Shown here: positions 1-7,453 of the stretch, piece by piece
How the letters are laid out: each line of letters opens with the position of its first letter
Numbering within the stretch: the first letter of the stretch is position 1
NCBI GenBank assembly: GCA_029261165.1
Contig: JAJDBV010000045.1
Span: 13,271 to 77,270, forward strand
From: Nitrospirota bacterium
GTDB lineage: Bacteria > Nitrospirota > Nitrospiria > SBBL01 > JAADHI01
Direction: 5' to 3'
DNA: 64,000 bases
Notes under the pieces: model-generated
Told to the model about the DNA's origin: nothing
The model's database searches: none
Seen by the model: only the letters and a program-made list of their open reading frames with translations
Position numbers and translations under genes: made by a program

Positions 1-608
1 GGAGCTTGAACGAGGTTATCATCACCGGCCCCTGCGGCATTCAGATTCTTCCGACCAGCTCTGGAACGGAAGACATGACCCATCTCTCTTCGGAGCAGAA
101 ACTGATTCTTTTGGGGGAAATTGACCGGCTGGATAAGCCGATCGACATATTTCTAATTGATACCGGTGCAGGCATTTCATCAAATGTGCTCTATTTCAAT
201 ACCGTTGCGCAGGAAATCATCGTCGTTGCCTCACCGGAGCCCACCTCATTAACGGATGCCTATGCGATCATGAAAGTTTTATCCACGCATCACGGGGAAA
301 AGCGCTTCAAGCTGCTGGTGAACATGGTTGAAGATGAGCGCGAGGCAAAAGAAGTTTTTCATAAACTCACAATGGTTTCTGATAAATTTCTGGACATCGC
401 CATAGAGTATTTGAGCTATGTTCCCAGGGATGAATATCTCCGTAAGGCCGTCTGTCAACAAAAGGGCGTGGTTGAACTTTATCCGACATCCAAATCAAGT
501 CTTCAATTTATTAAAATTGCCAAAAATGTAGTCAAGTGGCCGATACATGACTTTCCAAAAGGGAATGTTCAGTTTATGTGGAAGAAACTCCTGATGCCTC
601 AAACGTGA
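1..608 (+). CDS. flhG: FlhG/FleN-type MinD/ParA-family ATPase, 5' end outside window
   Basis: The reading frame is open to the window edge, so the listed start is internal. MinD-like motifs 'FLIDTGAGISSNV' and 'VVASPEPTSLTDAYAIMK' are present. It lies immediately upstream of fliA, as in flhF-flhG-fliA blocks. Confidence 0.8.
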   Translation, partial: SLNEVIITGPCGIQILPTSSGTEDMTHLSSEQKLILLGEIDRLDKPIDIFLIDTGAGISSNVLYFNTVAQEIIVVASPEPTSLTDAYAIMKVLSTHHGEKRFKLLVNMVEDEREAKEVFHKLTMVSDKFLDIAIEYLSYVPRDEYLRKAVCQQKGVVELYPTSKSSLQFIKIAKNVVKWPIHDFPKGNVQFMWKKLLMPQT

Positions 609-642
609 TGCCGCAAGTTTGTGATGATCTATTTAGAAGGGA

Positions 643-1437
643 ATGATGGCTGTTTCTAAGAGATATATTGTCGATGAGATCGGGTCTTCACAGACCCGTT
701 TGCCCGATACGGAAAAACTGGTCGATGATTTTGGAGAATTGATCCGGTACATTGCCCATCGGTTTGCTTCTCGGCTGCCTCCCTACCTCGATGTGGATGA
801 TCTGATTCATGCGGGAGTGATCGGCCTCATCGATGCGATTGGGAAATTTGATCCGTCAAGAGAGACGCGTTTCAAGACTTACGCGGAGTTTCGGATCCGA
901 GGGGCGATGCTGGATGAAATGCGTGCCATGGACTGGGTTCCGCGTTCTGTCCATGAAAAAGTCAAGCTCCTCCAGAAGGCACTCAGATCACTGGAGCACC
1001 GTTTGGGTCGGGCGCCAACCCAAGAGGAGGTCATTGAAGAGTTGGACATGGATCAAGATCAATATGATGCCTTCTTGTTCCAGGCCAGGCCGGCGACCCT
1101 CTTGAGCTATGAGGATCTTGGTTTTAGTGAAGGAGACAGAAGGAATGCACTCGATGTCTTGGCGGATCCTCATGCTGAAGATCCGCTTGTTGATCTTATG
1201 TCTCAGGATGCGCATGAAAGGCTTATTGACGCCATTAAAGGGCTTCCGGAAAGAGAGCGGCTGGTGGTTTCACTCTACTATCAAGAGGACCTGACGATGA
1301 AAGAGGTCGGGCGTATCCTTCAGATTACCGAATCCCGGGTCTGTCAAATCCACACACAGGCGGTCTTGAGAATGAAGGGGAAACTCCAGAAGGTGGAAAG
1401 CGAATGTTCCGAACATGATCACGAAGGACGGAGATGA
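643..1437 (+). CDS. fliA: Flagellar sigma factor FliA (sigma-28)
   Basis: 264 aa. Region 2 'YAEFRIRGAMLDEMR' and region 4.2 HTH 'LTMKEVGRILQITESRVCQIHTQAVLRMKG' are present. A purine-rich RBS (AGAAGGGA) precedes the ATG. Several sigma-28-type promoters occur in the same window. Confidence 0.9.
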   Translation: MMAVSKRYIVDEIGSSQTRLPDTEKLVDDFGELIRYIAHRFASRLPPYLDVDDLIHAGVIGLIDAIGKFDPSRETRFKTYAEFRIRGAMLDEMRAMDWVPRSVHEKVKLLQKALRSLEHRLGRAPTQEEVIEELDMDQDQYDAFLFQARPATLLSYEDLGFSEGDRRNALDVLADPHAEDPLVDLMSQDAHERLIDAIKGLPERERLVVSLYYQEDLTMKEVGRILQITESRVCQIHTQAVLRMKGKLQKVESECSEHDHEGRR

Positions 1438-1591
1438 GCAAACGACTCTGCCCGGGTTATCTGTTAAGCACGGCCGGGCTGGTGTCTCTGTCTCCTACAG
1501 GGGAAATCGTCTGGCATCTGGTGGCGCTCGAGGTCGAATATGAGCAGGTAAGAAGCGTGCTTGGCGGGAGAAAAAAACATGGAAGACAGCC

Positions 1592-2002
1592 ATGAAACGC
1601 CGCCTATATCTTATCGCAGGATTTATATCATTGGGAATCGGTCTCCTGGGGATGGTGCTTCCTCTCCTGGATACGACCCCCTTTCTCTTGTTTGCGGCCT
1701 TTTGTTTCTCACGAAGCAGTGCCCGTTGGCACCGATGGCTGATGACGCACCCAATATTCGGCCCCTACATCAAGGCCTTCCAGGAGAGACGGGGCCTTAC
1801 AATGAAGCAGAAGTTGAGAATTGGAGGGCTCACAAGCATCATGCTTGCCGGAACCGCCTGGTTGGGTCCGGCGCCCATTTCTTTTCGCATTGCCGTGTCC
1901 GTCTGGATCATCGGCATGGGCTTTTTATGTTTGAGTCGTACAGCGCAGGAGCCCCCTGTTGGCGGTGTTCCCATACAGGAGAAGGACTATATCCGGCATT
2001 GA
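1592..2002 (+). CDS. DUF454/YbaN-family small inner-membrane protein
   Basis: 136 aa. The N-terminus 'LIAGFISLGIGLLGMVLPLLDTTPFLLFAAFCFSRSS..WHRWL' is typical of YbaN-like proteins. It was preferred over the overlapping 1561-2067 frame, which has no recognisable features. Confidence 0.7.
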   Translation: MKRRLYLIAGFISLGIGLLGMVLPLLDTTPFLLFAAFCFSRSSARWHRWLMTHPIFGPYIKAFQERRGLTMKQKLRIGGLTSIMLAGTAWLGPAPISFRIAVSVWIIGMGFLCLSRTAQEPPVGGVPIQEKDYIRH

Positions 2003-2009
2003 AAAAGGT

Positions 2010-2036
2010 TAATGTTTCCATAAGAGCAACCGATAG
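2010..2036 (+). promoter_or_regulatory. Sigma-28-type promoter upstream of the globin-coupled MCP
   Basis: TAATGTTT (2010-2017), an 11-nt spacer, then ACCGATAG (2029-2036). Compare the consensus TAAAGTTT-N11-GCCGATAA. It sits about 80 nt upstream of the ATG at 2116. Confidence 0.55.
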
Positions 2037-2115
2037 AGTGGGAGTCGAATGGATGACGGTCCACTGAGACCGGGACGTGAAGAGGGTTTATATTCAAGGA
2101 AAAGGAGGACTAGAA

Positions 2116-3387
2116 ATGACGGCAGGGGAGTCAGCAGGGAAGTCACATGGTCCTGAAACTCAAGTCGATCATGTCAGCAAGGTTGTTAAGGCGCTCGGAC
2201 TTGATTCTCCGGATGAGATCCGGGGGAGGCAGGCCTTCATCGGGCTATCACCGGAGGATATTAATCAGGTTCGCAGGGCAAAGCCGATTCTTGACAAGCA
2301 CTTCAAGGCGATTATTGACACGATCTACAATAATCTCCAAAACTTTCCTGAGACATCGAAACATTTGACAAGCGAGTTAAGAATTGAAGGATTAAAGGCT
2401 GCACAAAAAGACTACTTCGACTCACTCTTATCCGGAAAATACGACCCTGCCTATGTCCAAAATGTCGTGAGGGTCGGTCTTGCCCATGTGAAAATCGATC
2501 TGAAGCCGAAGTGGTATATCGGGAACTATTGTGTTTATGTCTGCAAGGTGATTGAGGTCTTGTTTGAAGAATTGTCCGGGAAACAGGCGAAAGGAGGATC
2601 GCTATGGAATAGGATTGGGTCGTATCATGGAAACGGCAGCCACGATCTCGAAAAAATGATCCAATCTGTATTGAAGACCTTCTTCCTGGATATGGCATTG
2701 ACTTTAGAGGCTTATATCGGTCCCATGATGAGTGAAATGACCGAGCAGAATGAGCTTGTAAAACACAGGGTTGAGGGTCTTCAGTCGCTCAGCCGTAGTA
2801 TCGGGGAAGAGACACGCAAAAACAATGAAAATGTTCAAAGTATTGCCAGTGCGTCTGAGGAGATGAGCAGCACGATTAAGGAGATTTCTGAAAATGTTCA
2901 GCAATCGACAAAAATATCGAGTGAGGCGGTGAAGAAAAGTGAAGAGGCAAATCGCGCGATGGCAAAACTCGATGAATCGAGTAAGGAAATTGGCAAGGTG
3001 GTGAAAGCGATTCGTTCGATCGCACAGCAGACCAACCTTCTTGCTTTGAATGCCACCATCGAGGCGGCCCGTGCCGGGGAAGCGGGAAAAGGATTTGCTG
3101 TTGTGGCGAATGAGGTGAAAGACCTCGCGAAGGAAACTGCAGACGCGACGGAGCAGATCTCCCAGAGGATCGCGGCGATCCAGAGAGAGACTTCAGAGGC
3201 CGTGAGCAGTATTGATGGCGTTGGGAAAATAGTCTCTCAAGTGAATGACTTCTGTGTGGGGATTGCGGGTGCGGTTGAAGAGCAGACTGCGACAACAAAT
3301 GAGATAAGCAGCAGCATTACGGAGACGGCGGACGGAGTCGCCAACGTCCTCCGAAAGATTGAAGAGGCTGAAAGGCTTACGAAGTAA
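2116..3387 (+). CDS. hemAT: Soluble globin-coupled methyl-accepting chemotaxis protein (HemAT-like aerotaxis transducer)
   Basis: N-terminal protoglobin-type sensor with 'VRVGLAHVKIDLKPKWYIGNY', which holds the proximal-His region. C-terminal MCP signalling hairpin '[37 protein letters not shown]'. No TM segments. The ATG at 2116 is preceded by GGAGG (2104-2108); the GTG at 2077 is less likely. Confidence 0.85.
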   Translation: MTAGESAGKSHGPETQVDHVSKVVKALGLDSPDEIRGRQAFIGLSPEDINQVRRAKPILDKHFKAIIDTIYNNLQNFPETSKHLTSELRIEGLKAAQKDYFDSLLSGKYDPAYVQNVVRVGLAHVKIDLKPKWYIGNYCVYVCKVIEVLFEELSGKQAKGGSLWNRIGSYHGNGSHDLEKMIQSVLKTFFLDMALTLEAYIGPMMSEMTEQNELVKHRVEGLQSLSRSIGEETRKNNENVQSIASASEEMSSTIKEISENVQQSTKISSEAVKKSEEANRAMAKLDESSKEIGKVVKAIRSIAQQTNLLALNATIEAARAGEAGKGFAVVANEVKDLAKETADATEQISQRIAAIQRETSEAVSSIDGVGKIVSQVNDFCVGIAGAVEEQTATTNEISSSITETADGVANVLRKIEEAERLTK

Positions 3388-3462
3388 CACAGGTGATTGC
3401 AGGAATTGGGGGAGAGATGATCTGGCGTGGAGTTTTCTCTAATGAGGTATTGTCATTTTTAC

Positions 3463-3490
3463 TAAAGATTCCTGGAAGATCAGCCGATAG
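3463..3490 (+). promoter_or_regulatory. Candidate sigma-28-type promoter upstream of cheA
   Basis: TAAAGATT (3463-3470), a 12-nt spacer, then GCCGATAG (3483-3490). The spacer is 1 nt longer than consensus. It lies about 60 nt upstream of the cheA ATG. Confidence 0.4.
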
Positions 3491-3551
3491 GATGTAGAGG
3501 AGGATGAAGTGCTTTCCCTAAGAAACCTTTGAAAAATATGAGAGGTGTGAG

Positions 3552-5924
3552 ATGGAAGAGGAAGACAGTATTCTACAAGAATTTCTAGTCGAATGTTCAG
3601 AGGGGATAGAACGCCTTGACCAGGAATTCGTTGCATTAGAAAAGACCCCGGAGGACGCAGCACTCTTAGCGAGCATTTTTCGGACCATACACACCATTAA
3701 GGGGACCTGCGGGTTTCTCGGTTTGCCCAAGTTGGAAAATATTGCCCACGGGACAGAAAACATTCTCTCAGTGATGCGAGATGGAAAGATGCCGGTCACG
3801 CCGGAAGGGGTAACAATTCTGCTTGAAGCGGTCGATATTATCAAGGACATCCTGGAACATATTGAAGAGAGTGGGTCGGAGCCGGATGAAGATTTTGGGC
3901 CGATGCGGGGGAAGCTTGATACCTTCCTGGAAGAGGGTTTGAAGGCGAAGCCTAAGAAGAAGTCAAAGGCCGTTTCTTCAAAGGGGAAGACTAAAAAATC
4001 AAAGAAGGTCGCCGTCGATCAAAACGAATTTGAACATCTCATAGAACAAGCAGCAGCGGAAAACAAGACCGATCATCCTCCCGTGAAGACGGATGAAGGT
4101 AAAGAGACGGTGAAGACGCCTCCTGCGGAGAAAGTGGAAGCGCCTCAGGCAATTTCTAAACCTGAAAAGGCGCAAGAGAAGACGGCGATTAAAAAGGAAG
4201 CACCTAAGCGACCTTCCATTACAGAATCGACCGTTCGTGTGGATGTCGGATTGCTTGATCGATTGATTAACCTGGTGGGTGAATTGGTCCTGGCTCGGAA
4301 CCAACTTCTCCAGACCATGAGAAAACGGAACGATTCGAGTGAGGCAGGAAGCGCCCAGCAACTGAACCTGATTACCACGGAGCTTCAGGATGCCGTCATG
4401 AAGACACGAATGCAGCCGATTAAAAACGTCTGGGACAAACTGCCCCGGGTTGTTCGGGATCTCTCCAGATCGAATGGGAAAAAAGTGGAGCTTGTCATGG
4501 AGGGGGCCGGAACAGAACTGGATAAGAGCCTCCTCGAATCCATAAAAGATCCCCTCACGCATATTGTTAGAAATTCTATCGACCATGGGATTGAAACGCC
4601 CCAGGAACGGATCGAAGCGGGGAAACCGGAGGGCGGAACACTCCGTCTCAAGGCCTTCCATGAAGGCGGTCAGATTAATATTGAGATCTTGGATGACGGA
4701 AAAGGGATTGATGTTGAAAAAGTCAAAATGAAAGCGATTGAAAACGGTCTGATCACGTCAGAGGTCGCGGAGAATCTTTCGGACCGGGAAGGGTTGGCCT
4801 TGATCTTTAGGGCAGGTCTTTCAACAGCGAAGAAAGTGACGAATGTTTCCGGACGGGGTGTCGGCATGGATGTCGTCAAGACCAATATCGAGAAGATCGG
4901 CGGTGTGGTTGAAATGATGAGCGTCTATGGAAAAGGAACAACCCTCCGGATAAAAATCCCCTTGACCCTCGCCATTGTCCCTGCCTCGATCGTGGTCATA
5001 AATGAGGAGCGGTTTGCCATCCCGCAAGCGAGTCTTCTTGAGTTTGTTCGGGTGGATCATGAGAATGGAGAATCCATTGAGACCATACAGGGAGCTGATT
5101 TCTTTAGACTTCGGGGGGAACTTCTCCCCTTGGTCTCGCTTCATCGTGTTTTGAAAATGGAGGCGAAGGGTAAGGAAGAAGATGCGGTAGAAGAACTAGA
5201 GAGCAACATCGTTGTTCTGAAGGCGAGAGAGAAGGCTTTTGGTCTGCTCGTCGATCATATCAGCGATACCGAAGAGATCGTTGTTAAGCCTTTGAGTCGG
5301 CAGCTGAAAGGGATACCGGTCCTCTCCGGGGCGACCATCATGGGGGACGGTCATGTTGCCCTGATCCTTGATGTGGTTGGGCTTGCCCAGGAAGGGGGTG
5401 TATTTAATGCAGAGACCTTGCAAGAAAAATCAGGCCGTCAGGAGGATACGGTGAGTGAGACGGATGGTGAGCGTCAATCGATTGTTGTTTTTTCAGTTTC
5501 CGATAAGGATCAATATGCTGTTCTTCTCTCAGAGGTGGACCGTCTGGAGGAATTTGATTCGACAACCTTCGAGACTGCCGGTGGAAGAGAGGTGGTTCAG
5601 TATCGTGGGGGGCTTCTCACGCTGGTCCGGCTTGGCGATGTGCTGGGGGTTGAGACCTGCTTCTCCAATGATGAAAATAGCGGACGATGCCCCGTGGTTG
5701 TCTTCTCTAAAGGCAATATGGATGTAGGACTCATCGTCGGGAGTATTTCAGATGCCCTGGAAGCAAAAATGAAACTCTTCCCTTCGTCGGGAAGGACGGA
5801 GGTGACAGGGTCTCTCGTGATTGATGGAAAGACCACTGATCTTCTTGACATCAATCAAATCATCGAGCGGGTCGAGCCGGGTTGGTTAGAGGCGTCCGTA
5901 GAGCAGTCAACCGTGTCGTGTTGA
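3552..5924 (+). CDS. cheA: Chemotaxis histidine kinase CheA (no recognisable P2; two C-terminal CheW-like domains)
   Basis: Hpt motif 'FRTIHTIKGTCGFLGL'. Dimerisation segment 'VRVDVGLLDRLINLVGELV'. HATPase boxes 'HIVRNSIDHGIE', 'DDGKGID' and 'GRGVGMDVV'. Two successive CheW-like segments follow. Confidence 0.95.
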   Translation: MEEEDSILQEFLVECSEGIERLDQEFVALEKTPEDAALLASIFRTIHTIKGTCGFLGLPKLENIAHGTENILSVMRDGKMPVTPEGVTILLEAVDIIKDILEHIEESGSEPDEDFGPMRGKLDTFLEEGLKAKPKKKSKAVSSKGKTKKSKKVAVDQNEFEHLIEQAAAENKTDHPPVKTDEGKETVKTPPAEKVEAPQAISKPEKAQEKTAIKKEAPKRPSITESTVRVDVGLLDRLINLVGELVLARNQLLQTMRKRNDSSEAGSAQQLNLITTELQDAVMKTRMQPIKNVWDKLPRVVRDLSRSNGKKVELVMEGAGTELDKSLLESIKDPLTHIVRNSIDHGIETPQERIEAGKPEGGTLRLKAFHEGGQINIEILDDGKGIDVEKVKMKAIENGLITSEVAENLSDREGLALIFRAGLSTAKKVTNVSGRGVGMDVVKTNIEKIGGVVEMMSVYGKGTTLRIKIPLTLAIVPASIVVINEERFAIPQASLLEFVRVDHENGESIETIQGADFFRLRGELLPLVSLHRVLKMEAKGKEEDAVEELESNIVVLKAREKAFGLLVDHISDTEEIVVKPLSRQLKGIPVLSGATIMGDGHVALILDVVGLAQEGGVFNAETLQEKSGRQEDTVSETDGERQSIVVFSVSDKDQYAVLLSEVDRLEEFDSTTFETAGGREVVQYRGGLLTLVRLGDVLGVETCFSNDENSGRCPVVVFSKGNMDVGLIVGSISDALEAKMKLFPSSGRTEVTGSLVIDGKTTDLLDINQIIERVEPGWLEASVEQSTVSC

Positions 5925-5956
5925 TCTAAAAAAAGTGATGAAGGAGGAGCGTGACA

Positions 5957-6505
5957 ATGGGGACTGAAAGCGCAGCAAATTCCGATACGATGGTTGAGAG
6001 GGGAGTGGACCGCCGGGTTTCAAACGCGCCTTCCCCAGAGGGAGGCGAACGCCGGACCGCAACGGCAGACCGACGACATCTGAATAATCGAAACTATGCC
6101 ACATTCTTCCTTGACGGCCATTATTTGGGGGTTGAGGTTGAAAAGGTCCAGGAAGTATTTACAGCTAGGGATATGACCCCCGTGCCGCTTGCATCACCGG
6201 TTATTTCCGGCTTGATCAATCTGCGGGGACAGATCATTACTGCGATTGATCTTCGTAAGAGACTTGGGTTCTCGGAGCGTCCCGAAAATGAAGAGATCAT
6301 GAACCTGGTCGTTCTGACCGAGGACGGAGTTGTTGATCTGGTGGTCGATAAGATCGGTGATGTCGTCGCAGTCTACCCCAATCTTTTTGATCATCCTCCC
6401 AGTACCCTTGACCGCCGACTGGAAGGCATTGTGGAGGGCGTGTACAAACTCGAAGGTCAACTCCTCCTTGCGCTCAATACGGAAGCCCTGGTGGATGTCG
6501 GGTAA
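5957..6505 (+). CDS. cheW: Chemotaxis coupling protein CheW with an Arg-rich N-terminal extension
   Basis: CheW core 'FFLDGHYLGVEVEKVQEV...PVISGLINLRGQIITAIDLRKRLG'. AAGGAGGAG (5941-5949) sits 7 nt before the ATG at 5957; a GTG at 5951 is an alternative start. Confidence 0.9.
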   Translation: MGTESAANSDTMVERGVDRRVSNAPSPEGGERRTATADRRHLNNRNYATFFLDGHYLGVEVEKVQEVFTARDMTPVPLASPVISGLINLRGQIITAIDLRKRLGFSERPENEEIMNLVVLTEDGVVDLVVDKIGDVVAVYPNLFDHPPSTLDRRLEGIVEGVYKLEGQLLLALNTEALVDVG

Positions 6506-6556
6506 ATCATAGTTCTTGTAGATTACGAAGAAGGAAGAGGTGGATGTTTAAACGGT

Positions 6557-7042
6557 TTGTACCGCTTTATTTCTCAGTCGGCTTTGTTTTTAGTTTCCTT
6601 TACTTTTCTCCGGGAACCGTTCTGGGCGGGAATTACCTCGGTAAAAGGTTATATCGGTGAAGTTGAATTTGGCGATAACACGCCAACCACGAAGGATGAG
6701 GTCGGTATCTGGATGGGAGAGGTGACGCATGGCAAGGGCCAGTGGCAGGTGGCCTTACGTTTGTCAGGTTGGGACCCGGACGACGACGATGGTCTTGCTG
6801 CGGCGAACGCTACGATTCCGAACCCTGGCTTGAACGCGCCCTGGACGGTCGTTGGCGGTACCGGCGCTGCAAGCGCAAGGGTGGATCAAAGTGTTCGACG
6901 TTTACAGCTGGGTGCATCCTGGGCTCTTTCCGAAGATCTTGTCGTCAAGCTGGAGTATGTTGACGATGATTATGATAAGACTGCTATCGGGGAACTGGGC
7001 GATGTCGATGGCGTGATCTTTTTCGTCAATGGAAGGTTTTAG
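6557..7042 (+). CDS. Orphan outer-membrane beta-barrel-like protein inside the che operon; N-terminus probably frameshifted
   Basis: The C-terminal strand pattern 'LVVKLEYVDDDYD...GVIFFVNGRF' ends in Phe, which is an OMP-type terminus. The listed start is a TTG without an RBS. An ATG at 6544 with an upstream GAGG encodes a signal-peptide-like 38-aa ORF in another frame (see findings). Confidence 0.45.
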   Translation: MYRFISQSALFLVSFTFLREPFWAGITSVKGYIGEVEFGDNTPTTKDEVGIWMGEVTHGKGQWQVALRLSGWDPDDDDGLAAANATIPNPGLNAPWTVVGGTGAASARVDQSVRRLQLGASWALSEDLVVKLEYVDDDYDKTAIGELGDVDGVIFFVNGRF

Positions 7043-7066
7043 GGAGATTTTTATGGAGGCAGCATT

Positions 7067-7453
7067 ATGAAAATTTTAGTGGTGGATGATTCAAGGTCGG
7101 TTCGCCGTATTATGGGGGGGATGCTGAGTAAAATGGGGCATGAAATCTTTGAAGCCGAGCATGGGAAAGAAGCCTTGGAGCAGTTGAAGGCCCATCCGGA
7201 TATTGGGCTTCTTATGCTCGACTGGAATATGCCGGTGATGAATGGTATGGAACTCCTTGAGGCAATGAAGAAGGGTAGAGACGAAGGGCCACGTCCAACG
7301 ATCGTGATGTGCACTACCGAAAATGAGATGTCAAAGATTGTTCATGCCATGACCAAGGGGGCAAACGAATACATCATGAAACCGTTCACGAAAGAGATCC
7401 TTGAAGAAAAACTCGGAATTCTTGGGATACATGGGGAAGACAATGGCGCGTGA
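7067..7453 (+). CDS. cheY: CheY-like single-domain response regulator
   Basis: 128 aa. Receiver motifs 'ILVVDDS', 'LLMLDWNMPVMNG' and 'EYIMKPF'. Confidence 0.85.
   Translation: MKILVVDDSRSVRRIMGGMLSKMGHEIFEAEHGKEALEQLKAHPDIGLLMLDWNMPVMNGMELLEAMKKGRDEGPRPTIVMCTTENEMSKIVHAMTKGANEYIMKPFTKEILEEKLGILGIHGEDNGA

Noticed and set aside
1561-2067. 168-aa ORF overlapping the YbaN-like gene in another frame.
   Set aside because: The translation has no recognisable features. The 1592-2002 frame gives a typical DUF454 membrane protein.
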